A stretch of DNA of 64,000 bases from the NCBI RefSeq assembly GCF_009834535.1, contig NC_045697.1, forward strand, positions 15,130,001-15,194,000, given 5' to 3'. The DNA comes from Camelus ferus. Lineage: Eukaryota. A program made the translations under genes and the position numbers. The stretch's first letter is position 1, and the number at the start of each line of letters is the position of its first letter. Below the pieces are notes generated by a model. The model had not been told where the DNA came from. It did not search any database and saw only the letters and a list, made by a program, of their open reading frames with translations. Shown here one piece after another: positions 40,640 through 54,170 of the stretch.

Positions 40640-40806
40640 TAACCATCAGCGTTAGGTATGACCGTTACTCCAGTTTTACAGACTGGGAAGCCGATACTTA
40701 TGGAGGATAAGACATTTGCCCCATCTCCCCCAACTGGTCAATAGTGAAGCCAGGGCTCAGACCAGGTCTGGCAGAATAGGAAGCCAGTCCTCTTGATCAC
40801 TGTGCT
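40640..40806 (-). mobile_element. MIR SINE
   Basis: ccagttttacagactgggaagccga...gacatttgccc...gaagccagggctcagaccaggtctg...ctcttgatcactgtgct. Confidence 0.75.
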
Positions 40807-41059
40807 AAATTCGCCCCCTTAAAGAACCATTTTCTTAACATGTCTAACCAGTGAAACTTCCCTAAGCCCTCAGCTTCCTAAGATGGGATAAAGACAGTAA
40901 AGAGAAGGAAGGCCACTCAACAATATACAAGAAAAAGGCAACAACAAAACTGCAAACGTCGTCCTGCAAAGCTTCTGCATAAAACTTAAGACGGTATCAT
41001 CTTAGACACACTTATAAAAATAAGTACTGTTGAGGGAAAAATGGAAAGAACAAAACTTT

Positions 41060-41230
41060 AAGAGTCAAGTGTGGTTGTTAACCATGTCTCAGCCACGAAT
41101 TATCTGTTCATTTGCTCCACCTCAGTTTTCCTGTCTGTGAAGTGGGGATGATGCTTGCCTCCTACCTCCTCTTAGCAAGGTTGTTGGCAGAAGGAAATGA
41201 CGTAATGAATGTGAAGTTTCTGGCACAAAT
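41060..41230 (+). mobile_element. MIR SINE
   Basis: cctcagttttcctgtctgtgaagtggggatgatgcttgcctcctacctc...aatgaatgtgaag...tggcaca. Confidence 0.75.
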
Positions 41231-43944
41231 TTAACTTGAATGAGTGACTCATTAGTCACATTACTCTAATAAATCCTAGGTATAGAGACTGAAATAATAT
41301 TTAGTTTCAGTTATTCACCTACTAACGCATCACATAAAAACAGAGCTGAGCACCTCCAAGGAATAGACAGCCTTTCTCCAGAGCATGTGAGACTGAAGGA
41401 CAAGGGGCTTGTGACAATCTGAAGCTATGCTCTAATCCCACAAAAGATGCTCCAAATTTCAGTGTATTTGCTAGATTGATCAGGCTGGGGGAGGAGGTGC
41501 ACCCAAACATTTATTTGGACATAACAGATGAACTTGCCAAGGGTTCTTAGGGAAATTGCCTCATCATCTGTTAATCAAATATCTGGGTGAAAAATTTGGA
41601 GTTAATGAAAGATCTTTAATAAAAGTACTGTCACTAGAAATTCAGCGTTGGAATTTATATTAATACAGTTCTCAGGAAAAAAATTTACTAATGTCCTCAC
41701 TCTGATGTGGTCTTAGAAGTTTAGCTCTTCACAATTTCTGTAGTTGCTGATAGCAAGATAGTAATGATCTTCTGTTACGTTATGGTTGAATTGATGCAAT
41801 AAATTGTATTTTCCCTTAGATTGTATTAGAAGCTATAAATTGTTCTATCACCTCTAAAACAGCCTAGGGAATGCAACACATTTTTAATTTTATGGGCCTG
41901 CCTCCTTGTTTAGAAACAGAATATTTGCTTGACAACTCCGCAATTCTAATTGACCTTAAAGGAATATCAATTGACAAACTGTAGGTGAAAACATGGATTT
42001 GTATTTCTCTATTTCTCTCCAATTCCTAGAGAAACGCAGATACATGTCTCTCTTCTATTTGGTCAGTTTGGAATCTCTAAATTGCTGTGGTTTGTTTTTT
42101 GTTTTTGCGTTTTGTTTGTTTTGCTGCTTAATGCTTCTGGATAGATAACTTTTAAAATAGGTGAGCTAAGCACTGTAAGAAATATCTTTCTACTGCAGCC
42201 TCCTTCTTGTATAGGAGAAATCCAAATGTATGTTGATTAGTTTAGTAATTATTTGACCTCTTTAAAAGGGGCACAGATTTGCTACGGTATTTCTGAATTA
42301 CTCCTGAAATTATTCTTTATTCCAAAAAGAAATCAATGAGAGCTCCAGAAATTCATCAATTGCCATTTAGGGATACAGGACACAAATCTAAGACTCAAAG
42401 AGTTTTGAGAGAGAAGGACAAGTATAAGAAAATCATCCAGGACACTTCCTTGTATAGATTAGATCTCTGCCAAAAAAAAAAAAAAATCAACTTATGCATA
42501 GATTTGGAGTAAATAATTATCAAGAATCTATATTCAAATATTATCTGCCCCAAGAGAGCACTTGACAATGGAATCGCAACACTTACTGTGATGTAACGCA
42601 TCCTCTCAACACAGATTGGAAACAATGGTAAGGAAACCCATGGCTGGTGACGCTATTTCTCGCTGGTATATCACAGAATGAGCAGGAGACTTGGAATCAA
42701 CAGTCCTGGGTTAGTAACGTGGATTTACCACTTGCCAGGACCCACATCACCGGAACTTCTCTTTTTCCCCTTGTAAAGGGAGACTAATGATGTTTGCCAT
42801 ACAATCTAAGAGTGTGTTCAATAAATGTTGATTGAATTTACACCTTATCTATAAAGTTAGTAATAAAATCACATAAATAACTTATTAGGAAAACCAACCA
42901 AAAAGTAGATCAAAGTGTTCAGGACTTTTTGCAGTCACAGGGGAGAGCAGGATTGGGAACGGTCTCTGTGGGTTGGCCTGTGGTTCTTAACTACTAGGTG
43001 TGTGTCCTTATGCAAGTAATTGGACTTCAGAATGTCTTATTTTCCTCAGGCTAGTAGGACCAACTCCCTAATTTTACTGTTAGAAATAAATTCAGAAAAT
43101 GTGTACTTAACAGAAAGCAATGCACACTGGGAACCAGTCAATTTTAAAAAATGCTGCTACTGGTGTTTTTAATAAGAAAACTAAGCAAAATTCATGCATT
43201 CAATAAAAATTTTAGGTTGCATTTTGCATGCCAGATACTGCCCTTGGTTCTGGGGATGGAGCGATCAACAAAACATAAGCTCTCTGCTCTCATGAAACCA
43301 TCTCCTGGTAAAGGATAGCTGGGCAGTATCAATAGTGGTAAATGCTCAGAAGACAGTACAACAAAGTAAGGTGAACAGAGAGTAACTACAGATGTGCGCG
43401 TGGTTACGTGCGAGGGCGTATGTTTGGGAAGCACTTTACAAATATAGCACAGGGGGATCACAGAGTGTCTGAGGAAGTAAACGCATGGGTTTTGACCTAA
43501 ATGATGATAACCAGCCCGCTGTACTGGGTGCAAATGTCTGCAGGTCTGTGGCACACGCTTATTCAGGATGCATTGCCAGACATTCTGCAATCTAACATTT
43601 CTATAAATCTAGAGTAGAAATGAGGTCCAGATTTCAGTACGTGTACTTTACCGTCTTTGATTTAACAAAAGCAATATCCACAGCTGCATAACGACCTTCA
43701 GAAGGGAGGACTTTAATGTGGTGAACCCATCACATTTTTTGGAACTGGAGGTTCTCAGCTCTGAGACTGATTAGCTGGGTGACAGCGGACTCATTACTCA
43801 GGCAGCCTGAGCCTCAGTTATCTCATCCATAAAACACACCTGAAACAACATGGCTGATGGAACGCTTCTGGCCAAGTGCCTGGTGCCGAGAGACCCTCAA
43901 AATGGTCATCGCTGTCACCACCGGGTAAAGAGCTCCGCTGTCTG

Positions 43945-44117
43945 CTAGCCATGTGACCTGGGGTAGGTTGCGTCACTTTTCTGTGCCTCAGTTTCCTCAT
44001 TTATAAGATGAGGATGATAATAAAAATAATAATACTGACTTATTAGACTTGTAGAAGTCAACTGAGTTATATAAAGCTCGTTGAATGAGTCCTGGCGCAG
44101 AGAAGAACTCATTAAAT
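43945..44117 (+). mobile_element. MIR SINE
   Basis: ctagccatgtgacctggggtaggttg...ctgtgcctcagtttcctcatttataagatgaggatgataata, the MIR core. Confidence 0.85.
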
Positions 44118-46519
44118 TTCATTATTCCTATCACCTATGGCTTTGACATCTGTCATGATAGACTATAACTGAAGGCTCACAGACTACTGTGAAAGAAAAG
44201 GACCGCAGACTTACAAAAAACCATGGACTAAGTTGTCCCCATGCAAAATTTCCAATCCTAAGAATAATCATGTGTCGCATTCTTGTATCTTACTTCTGGA
44301 GATTTTAAAATATCAATTAGATTAATCATGATGATAATTAAATACACTAAGTTTATGATTATTTAACACAATGATCTAGTCAGTGAGTAAGAACCCATGC
44401 ACTGGATAATTCTGCCCTCTTGGATAGATGTGCGCATTTCCCTGAAATCGAGGCTTACTGTCACCACACAGCCCTTCAATCAACACTGGCTCTAAACTAC
44501 GTGTCATTTACGAATCACACAAGTAATTTTAATACATTACCGATTTTTTAAAAAAACAAAAGGGTTCAATTGAATCTTCTTAGTTTTACATTAGCAGGAC
44601 ATACAAATCTTCTGAAGTCACAGAATTATAGAACATTTAATTTAGAAGGTCATCTGAGATGGTTTTGTCTGAGAAGAGTAACGACATTACTTTTCACAGA
44701 CATTAATAATTGATCAGGACACTCTGATCCCTGAGCTGACTCTAAGTACAGCTAAAACACTGAATTTTAGGAAGTCATTCCTAAGTGCTGTTATAGAAGG
44801 TATACTGACCAGCTCTGAGCGGGGTTCAGCCTTGCACGTTACAGTTGACCTCTGCGGAGTCTCTGAAGTCCTCTGAGGTGGATGTACTTTCCTGGGGTCA
44901 CACAGCAGTAGACCTGGAATGACAACTAAGTTTCCAGAATCCTCACATCCATGCTTTTGCCATCACTCCTTGTGACCTGCTATTAAATACTCATCAGAAC
45001 AGGGCTGTGGGCTTGGAAGGAATGGAATTACAACACGGGTTCAAATCCTCATCCTTCATCTCTGCTGGAGTTCAGTACACTGCTCCGTTCTGGCTTCCTA
45101 CTCTTGATTTCTTTGTTCTCCTTCCCATTTTCACAGACATCACTATCCTGTTAAATCTCACATGAAAAAGAAAGGACTACAGGCCTTCGGCTCCTGCAAT
45201 AAACCGCACTCATACTCAAGAACAGCATCCCAGCAGCAGCGACGCTGAACATAAATATGAGTGATGACGTCTCCACCCGTCCCTGCTCTGCACTCCACTC
45301 CTCAGGGCTCCCCTCACTGAAACTGAGCTCCACTGCTCCCCTGCCCCAAGCTTCTTGCTTAATATTTCACGTCCACGGCCCAAACTTAACCAAAGTCAGT
45401 GACTAGAATCTAGTGGCACAGTGAGCGATGGTTCAGTGCTCTGCCGACATTCATAATAAAGCACGACAGCACAGGAACAGTTCAGGTGGGAAATGTGCTA
45501 TTTAAGTGGGTGAAAACACTCTTACCACACCCACACACAAATGACAAAATCTACTGATAATGGGGAAATTGGCTTAAATCCAAGCTTCAATTAAATACAT
45601 GTCTTTATTAAAGTACGATTATAGATTTGTTAAATAAACAGGAAAATGAGGGGCTTTTGGACACTGACTTTAATATGTATTTGCTCTGCTGGCAGCACAG
45701 CCAAATAAAAAAGAGACCTAGGAGGCATGAGGTCTGAATTGTTTCAACTGTGAAAAGCGTCCCCTAACTTTTCAACAATATAACCTCTAACTTGAAGCCA
45801 TGACATGATACATAGACTTTTTTTTGTATACTTGTTTCTTAAATGCCCATCTGAGGCTTGTTCAGAATAAATGGAAATAATCCAAAATTTGGAGGAAAGA
45901 TAAAAGGATTCATTATATATAATTGTTCAAAATTGAATTCAAGCTATAAAGCCAATCAAAAAGAAAATGATATATTCACTCAAATAAAGCATTGTATTCC
46001 ATTATATGATCTCATTTTCTTTCTCTTTTTAAAAGTTTCTAATAAAATGGAAAATATAACATGCTTACATTCAAATGAAAAAGAAAGAAAATTCAACATA
46101 CAAGTTTGTAAAACAAGAAATCAAAAAATGAAAAGGAAAAAACTATGTATCATGACATTAAAAGGGAGTGCTTCCTATAATAAAGCTATTTAATTTTTAA
46201 TGACTTCTTCTAGATTTACTTTTTCCAAATTTACTCCAATGGAAGGAGCGGGAAAAGAAAAATGGTATTGATTAAAAACAAAGTCATTGAAAAAAAAAAA
46301 TCCCTTACTTTGCAAGTTGGAAATGACTTAAATGGCTACCTGGGGACAGAAGAGGATGTCATGGTTATAAACACACTGGTCATTCATAGGATGGATAATT
46401 ATGAAGCGATTAAAAGACCATGGTTTGAGAAAGACATTTAATTATATAACCTTAAATGTAAAAAATAGATTATAAGTCTGCAATCACCCCTACAATGACT
46501 GGTGGGAGTACACGAGAGC

Positions 46520-46632
46520 CACACTGTCTAACAGGAATATGTACTGCCTAGGTAATTTTAATTCTTCTACCAGCCACATTTTTAAACGTAAAAAGAAACA
46601 GGTGGAATTGATTTTTACTAACGTTTACTATA
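46520..46632. mobile_element. MER3/MER33-like hAT fragment
   Basis: cactgtctaacaggaatat...gtaattttaattcttctaccagccacattttt...gtaaaaagaaacaggtggaatt. Confidence 0.7.
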
Positions 46633-49016
46633 AATAAAGATGACATCCACCGGCCAGCGTGTCAGCATTCTACCTGCATTATTAGTGGGCTGGCGCAATG
46701 AGATTCTTCCACCAGTAATCAAAACTCTCTCCCAGTCATTATTCTTCCTTCTTTGAATGAATGCTCACAAAGTCTCTACACAAGTGAGATATGTTAGGGG
46801 ACCCCAGGAAGGTGGGAGAGAGTACAGGGAGAGATGGAATTGGAGGGGGTGGATTCATGCCATAATTTGAGATGTGCTCCAGCGTTCACAGTCTATCATC
46901 CTCAGGTGACAAAGTGGGTGTAAGTCTTCTTGTCTGAGGCAGTGCTTGGTACACAGTGAATGCTTAATAATTTATCTAGTCCCCTTGTCAGGACACTCTG
47001 GAATGCATCCCTCACAAGAAGCACAGTTTTGTTCACTGGATGACAATTCTTGAACCACGGTTGAGTTGACACAAATGAAATGAGAAGAACACTGCCCAAA
47101 TGATCCGTCTAAGTCCATTATCATTTTAACTGTCATCGCTGACTGGGCGTCATAATAAACAAAGCCCAGGGCTGGGTGGTCCTCTAACACAACAGCACAC
47201 AACATCCTGGGCTTATTACACACAAGGTGCTGGTGGTCGCGGTTCCGCAGAGACGGAAGACACCGCCAGGTCAGCCTAGTCGAAACTAACAAATACACTT
47301 AGCTTTGCTCTTTTCTCGCAATGAAGGTTTATCATTCTTTCTTTTTTTTTTTTTTTTTAGTGAATGAAAAGAACTGGTTTAAATTTTGACCTCCAGCCAT
47401 TGAATATTATTCCACTAAAAAACCAATAGTCCTTTCAGGGGTGTGGAGCAAAGGCTTAGATAGTCTGAAAGGATGAATTTACCACTTTTGAACGTCTTCT
47501 CGGAGCCTGGGCATTAATTGGAAGTGGCTGGTACAGAAGGGCTTGGATCTGTCTACTGAGGGGATTAATCTTGGGCAAGTTATTTCTCTGAGTCTCAATT
47601 TTCTAAGCAAAAGGAAATAATGAAAATTGAACCAGCATCGTTGGCTATTCTGAGGATTAAATAACGTATGTCATGTGCTTTGTCTACAGTAGATGCTAAG
47701 TTTTTCATTTCAGCTTTGATGCACACAGCCTTCTTTTTGTTGAAAAATGAAGATTGCCAAAACGAAGAAAAACAATCTCTGATTTATCTCAAATGGGAAA
47801 AATTCTCAAGTTTGCTTTTTATGGTTTGAGAAGAACCTTGAGCCAACACGCAGAATTTGGAAGCAGCCCGTGAGTTATGATAGGTTTGCTAGGAAATGGT
47901 CCGAGTGCCAGGAACTCTGGATCAGAAGAAAATGTATGCAATTAGATCACTTGGTCTAAATATGATTATATATTTTAGTAATGAACAGTATAATTCTGTA
48001 GGTAAAGCCAGAATAATAGAGAGAAAGCAGTGAGAAGGAGATTTGATTGATTGCAGAAGTTCCACAGACCTGCAGAAGTGGAAATCATATACGTAAGATA
48101 AGCAGGCATTTTCTTCCATAGTGGCTAGAGATAACATAAATGATTTCAGACAACTGTGTGGAGAAAAGAGAGGGTGCAGACGGGCAACATGGCTATAATA
48201 CCAGCCTGCAGACCAACTTTGAAGTTCAGGGAAGAGAAAAGGCAACGATGCTAAAGGTGGCAAAACTGAGGTCATGCCAATTAATGTGCTAAGTTTGCAA
48301 CTCAGAAGAGGGCCAAGAGATGTCCAATGAGAAAGTTTATAAATGAGCTCATCTGATTTGGAGAGAAAGTAGAAGAGGTAAGGGCCTCGGGCTACATCAT
48401 GACACCGGGACGTTTGTTTTCAGAAATGTATTTATATAAAAATGAAATGAAGTGTGGCATATCTGTACCCGTAGTTGGGGATGTTATTCACGTCTGTCCA
48501 GGATCAGAACTCTGAATATATAAACCACTGCCAACCACCACCCGGCTCCCCGAAAACCCAGAGATAGCGAATGTGCCCTTTAAGACGAGCGAAGTCTTCG
48601 CTCCCCGCCCTCAATGGACTGGGCCTTGGAAACCTCTGCGGCCGTCTCCCCCTATGCTCGGATGAGGGTCCTCTTTTGCCGGGTCTGCTGCACCCTGTGC
48701 TTCTTAGAGCTGGTAATAGCCCAGGCCTGCCCCAACCACCCAGCCCAGCTGGACAGGAAAACGCAACAAGCACAGGCGTTGAAGAGAGGTGTTTTCGACA
48801 GTCCGGGGAAGGACGCCGTTTGCCCTAGCAGCTCAGTTCATAACACCTTTGCTTCTTTCCTTAAAAGCTCTATATTCAAGCAATGACTCTCTGAGACCCA
48901 CATCACAGTTGTATCCACTTGTGATGGAGCCGAGCGTTTCCCCCCAAATTAAACTGAGTGACTATCAGAGAATATAGGCTACCACTGTGATAGTCAAAAT
49001 AAGAACAATATCCAGT

Positions 49017-49020
<4 letters not shown>

Positions 49021-49070
<50 letters not shown>
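49021..49070. repeat. (CA)25 microsatellite
   Basis: Directly visible in the sequence. Confidence 0.95.
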
Positions 49071-49077
<7 letters not shown>

Positions 49078-49082
49078 TCTTT

Positions 49083-49548
49083 TGAGGTGGGAGCCCCATA
49101 AAAAAGACCAGCAGGACCCCTAGGCAGGGCCACTACTCTCCTGCCAGCACCATCAGGTTCCCTGGCCCAGAAGCTCTATCTCACTTTATGCCTCTGAAAC
49201 AGCTTACTTCTAGGAAAAGTGGAACTCACCCCTAAAATTCTATTGGTTCCCTGAGCTCACTCCTGATTGGTTATTTCTCTCCATCCTGATTGGTCCATTT
49301 TCTACAAAGCTTGTTCCTAATTAGTAAATTTTTATACCTTATTTGCATATGATGTTGCAAAGTGTAAACTGGCAGCCTATAAAAGCCTGTGTAAACCTAC
49401 AGCCAGGGTCCAGAGCTTGGAGTGTTAACTTCTCTGGGACCCCTGGTGTAATAAACCTGAGTTCTCCAATCCTCCGAGTGCTGTGTTGGTCTCTCGCCCA
49501 GATCCAGGTTGCTGTCACCATTGAGCTGTAACATGTTTTTCTGCAACA
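49083..49548 (+). mobile_element. ERV solo LTR, class I/ERV1-like
   Basis: TG...CA termini; 4-bp TSD cttt at 49079-49082 and 49549-49552; TATA tataaaa at 49378-49384; AATAAA at 49450-49455; three ATTGG boxes. Confidence 0.9.
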
Positions 49549-50669
49549 CTTTTCCGGATTCTTTTCCTTTACAGTTTATTACAAGACACTGAATATAGTT
49601 CCCTGTGCTTTACAGTAGGACCTTGTTGTTTATCTATTTTATATATAGTAGTTTGTATATTGTAATCCCAAACTCCTAATCTACCCCTCCCCCTTTGGTA
49701 ACCATAAGTTTGTTTTCTATGCCTGAGTCTGTTTCTGTTTTGTAAATAGGTTTATTTGCATTATTTTTTTTTTAGATTCCATATATAAGTGATATCATAA
49801 AAAATAGCAATATTAATAGGAATTTAAGATGGACATGTTGTTTCTGTTGTTTTACTATCAAGAGAATCTAATCGTTTTTATCTTTTAAGGTCACCTGAGA
49901 GGCCTTATTAATTATGAAAATGAACGTCCACTGCTCTGGGAGAAGGCGATGGTAAATGACCCTGAGTGAGTGTGAGTGTGCGTGACTGTGCGTGTGACTG
50001 CGCCCGCACACGCACATGCCTGTGTCATGTAGCAAAAACTGTCTAACCCTCTGTTCTGCAGAGTTGGTCACCGGGGAGCAAGTGGGCAATTCCTGAGTGA
50101 GGGTCCGCCTGATAAAGAGGAAATCGCTCCCCTGGATGGCGAAACAAGTTCAGACACAGCCTCAGGGGTCATGGACGAGGACTCATTCTTCAGCACAACC
50201 TGAGGTTAATGCTGGAAGTCCCTCAGGATCCAGAGACCTTAGCATCCTCCGTGTGAGGACAGAGAGCTGGCACCCCTGAGCCCAAGCACCGGGGTGCTAC
50301 GGCAGGGAGCTGGTTAGGAAAAGACACAAAGTGAACAGGCGGCTTTTGGACAGGAGGGAGCCGGCTGCAACAGTGCCACCATGTGGCATAAACATGTAAT
50401 AGCAGCTGTGGTCTAGGATGGAGGTTCTCTTCACCTGGCTTTCAGGTGGGACTAAGTCTCTGTGGGTGAGCGTTCTTGGAGTCGGTGGGAATGAGAGGAG
50501 GAAGTGGAAGGACAAGAAAGTTCAGGTGTCCTCCCGCTAATGCAGCAGATGGTGGTATGAACAATACATTTTTTTTTTTGAATGAGAGAATGTGATCATT
50601 GTGCTCTGCAAGATTTATTCCAGGCCATCTCACTTGCAATAACAATAAAGCAACGTGTTTGACATTCAT

Positions 50670-50840
50670 TAATCTCACTTAATATCTCTGTAGTAACCCT
50701 CAAGGCAGTTTCAGTTACGACATTTTACACAAGGAAAACCTGAGGCCCAGAGAGCTCTAATCATTTGCCCGAAATCACTCAGGCAGCCAGAGGCCCGAGC
50801 AGCGGCTCACATGCAAGCTCGTTTGTCTTCAGAATCCCGG
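50670..50840 (-). mobile_element. MIR SINE
   Basis: cattttacacaaggaaaacctgaggcccagagag...tcatttgcccgaaatcactcagg. Confidence 0.8.
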
Positions 50841-51267
50841 GCTTCCAATCCTGCCCTCCTCGCCCCCTCACGGCCTGAAAATAAATATCCCCAGGCTTTC
50901 CTTTACTGCCATCGCTGCTGTCTACAGTAAATGTGCCCAATTAGTGAACCTAAAATTCTCAAGTAACAGTTAATCTTTGCTTCATTTCTTACAGTTTAGC
51001 AAAATCTTACGAAAATATTTTCCCTTTTGATCTTCTTGTAACTTAATAAGGAAGATAAAACAAAGATGACTGTTACCTCATTTTGTAAGTGAGGAACGGA
51101 GAGAGAGGGGAAGTCTCCCTGACTTCCCTTACAGCAAAGAGCTAGTAAGCGGCACTTCTTAACGTACCAAGTCGGGTGTGGTCCCTTAACAAAAACCTTA
51201 TTTGGCCCCTTGGGAAACTGACCTGTGGAGTAGCGGACTGAGAGTCAGAAAGTGCAGGTCTTATTTC

Positions 51268-51900
51268 TTCATTCACTCACTTACGTAGATAAAAATTCAC
51301 TCAGTGTCCACCACCTACTGGGCATTATTTTAGGTACGGAGATACAGTGGTGATCAAAACAAAGACCCTGCCCTTGTGGGACTGCAGTCTAGTGAAAGAG
51401 ACAGAAAATACACGGGGAAACAATGTATTTTGCATCGAGTGTCAGGCAATGATCGCTGCAGGGAAAAAAAAACCGAAGCTGAGTAAACAGCACAGGAAGC
51501 GAGTCAGAGAACCGGTCTTCGCACAGTGACCCAGAGAAGAGGTGACGAAGAGGACCAGGGAGAAGGCTTCAGGGGTCACAGGGCTGGAAGGGAGTGGCTG
51601 GATGAATGAGCGAGGAAGCCAGTGGGACTCGAGGCGAGTGAGCAGGGGCGGGCACCCCCCGCTGACAAGGTTGGATTTTTATTCAGAGGGTGACAGGGAG
51701 CCGTGGGAGGGTCTGGAGCAGGGGTGTGGCAGAGCTGACCTCCATTCTGAAGGACAGCCCCTAGGCTACTGGGATGAGACATGAGAGCTGCAGGGTGGAG
51801 CGGCAGCGACGCCAGGGTGGAATCGAGGAGACGGAGTGAGGAAGCACACGCAGCAGGTCAAGGCGAGAGAGCGCGACGGCTCAGAGCCGGGCGGTAACCG
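51268..51900 (-). mobile_element. L2 LINE 3' portion with GC/CpG-rich distal part
   Basis: ttcattcactcac...gagatacagtggtgatcaaaacaaagaccctgccctt...ttggatttttattcagagggtgacagggagccgtgggagggtctggagcagggg. Confidence 0.8.
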
Positions 51901-52013
51901 CAGCCGCTCTGATTTCCGACTGAGCCATCCTTTTGACCGACCGCTGGGACCCTGGGCTTATTAACCCCCTCGGTCTCAGTTAACATTAATTTTAACTTTA
52001 AAATACAGTTATT

Positions 52014-52198
52014 CTACCAAATATAAAATAGATAAACAACAAGGCCCTACTGTATAGCACAGGGGACTATATTCAATAGCTTGTAATGGCCTATAATGAA
52101 AAAGAATATGGAAAGAAATGTATTTATATAAATGAATCACTATGCTGTACACCAGAAATTAACACAACATTGTAAGTCGACTATACGCCAATAAAAAA
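52014..52198 (+). mobile_element. 5'-truncated L1 3' end
   Basis: atataaaatagataaacaacaaggccctactgtatagcacagggga...acaccagaaattaacacaacattgtaa...caataaaaaa; flanking direct repeat acagttat. Confidence 0.9.
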
Positions 52199-53177
52199 GA
52201 AACAGTTATGAAAAACTTCACAAGTCTGGAATCGGAGCAAACTTACAGAATGAAATAATATATTCTGAAATATACGAAACATTAATATTCATTATTTTCC
52301 CCTGCCACAGAAAAAAATGTATACAGCAGGAGCCCATGAAACACAGAATTTAAATCAGAAATTTATTTGTAATCTACTCATGATTTAATAAAAGCAAATG
52401 CCAACTCGCTCTAACTACCAAAGCATATTTACCACGGACTTATTACGTATTATTTTAGTACGTACGGAGCTCCTGGCTCAAGCCAAGGAAATCAGAATGA
52501 TGACTGGAAAAGACAAAACGTCTAAGAATTTACCCTTGTTATAATACACCTCATTCCTTAAAGGGAAACTGAGAGACATGCAGAATAGGGGAACTGATCT
52601 CAGTTACACCACCAATCACTGCCCCCGAGCCTCCAGGCAAGAAACTTTGGGTGCCCTCAACAGAGACACATAATCATCAGCCGAATTAGAAATGGAATTG
52701 TAATACACACTGAAGTGTGCGTGTGTGTTTTGGTGTTTCCTAAAAGCCTGGAGTTATTAAAAAAAAAAAAACCAACTGTTATGGGCTTCTAAATTTTATG
52801 ACTTGAGATTAAAAGAATACTTGTTAAATAATTAGACTGACTGTGAAGCATATTTAGAGACTTTAAGACCTAAGATTATGAATTTGCTTCACATTTTTAA
52901 TACAAAAATCATTGATCCTGTGTTGACTAGGAGTAATAAAATAAACATGTAACCATGTGAAGTATAGATTTTGCTCTCCCTCTGAATAGTACTAGATGTT
53001 TTTCCAAGGGTGTTTAGTATGCTCCTTTTGATCATTCGTATTTAAATAAAAATGTTGATTTAAGTACATGAATGACTGTAAATCAGAGCATCGCCCTGGT
53101 ACTAGTAATAATCCTGCACATTTGGAAAAAGAACATTTCAGCCTTGCCCCGCATTTCTAAAACACTGCTTGTTTGCT

Positions 53178-53196
53178 ATTGCCACCTGCTGGTAAG
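53178..53196 (-). promoter_or_regulatory. CTCF-like motif
   Basis: The minus strand reads ttaCCAGCAGGTGGCAat, matching the CTCF core. Confidence 0.5.
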
Positions 53197-53319
53197 CCCC
53201 AAAATGTACTTCAATAGGTGAAGAATCTATCCACATCCTCTCTTCATTGGTTTCTTTTATTTATATTCCTGACTCCCACAGGTTTTTGAAAAGTTTACTG
53301 CATACTTGAAATTATTAAA

Positions 53320-54170
53320 TAACACTATTTTTCATTTAAAAATTTACATATAATCATTGAAATACAAAGAAACAAAGAAGGAAATAATAATTATTGCATT
53401 CCCACTTCCCAGAGATAATCTAGGTACATAACCTTTAAAAGCATACAATCTTGCAATCTGATGTTTTTCACATAAAACATACTGTCAAAGCTTACGTTAT
53501 TTAATATTCTTATAGTGACCACTTCACATGTAATCACATGAAATGTTACTTTATTTTTGAACATTTGAGTTTCTTTAGTTTTATTTTTGGGGGAGGGTGT
53601 AGCAATACCCTAGCTTAAAAATTTTGGAATTAGCTCTGATTTTTTTTATATAGAAGATTACTAGAAATATAGCTCCTTAATTTAGAGATACCGAAATGTG
53701 AAGGCTTTTAATATACAGGGTCAAGTTCACCCCAGAAGTCTATACCAATTCACGCTCCTATAAAAGTGTTACTCTCTCCACATTCTCATCAACACTTCCT
53801 TTTATATACTTTAAAAACTACTCCAATAGGATAGCGAAGAAAAATGGGACTCTGTTACTATCTGTGTTTACTTTATTATCAGTGGAGTTCTCTTTTCATT
53901 CATCTCCTGGCCATTTCTATCCTTCCAAATGCCTTGGTTTCTATGCTAGGTTTTATATTTCATTCTTTATATCAGAATAAAAAATAAATTAAGAAAGTTA
54001 AAACCTTTTCGTGTATGTTCTAAATATTTTCCCCTGTCCTATATTACTTCATTTTATCCACGGTATTTTTTAACACATAGACGTTTAAAATTTTGGTTTA
54101 GTCAAGTTATACCTGTCTTCTTCTTCATGTTTTTATCCCTGCGATTTTATGCTTAGAAATTATTTCCCTT
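53320..54170 (-). mobile_element. Old L1M fragments
   Basis: cccacttcccagagataa, tataccaattcacgctcc, ccacattctcatcaacact, gttttatgcttagaaa-like text resemble the reverse complement of an L1M 3' region. Confidence 0.65.

Larger units (their letters stand above)
49011..49798 (-). mobile_element. L1 3'UTR split by an ERV LTR, with internal (CA)n expansion
   Basis: cagttata(CA)n tatatattcttt | LTR | ccggattcttttcc...gaatatagttccctgtgct...tagattccatatataagtgatatcata is the reverse complement of the L1 tail type at about 15170-15460. Confidence 0.88.

Noticed and set aside
49965..50020. GCGTG (XRE-like) and TGCGCCC (MRE-like) motifs
   Set aside because: They sit inside a degenerate (GT/CA)n tract that generates such motifs by itself.
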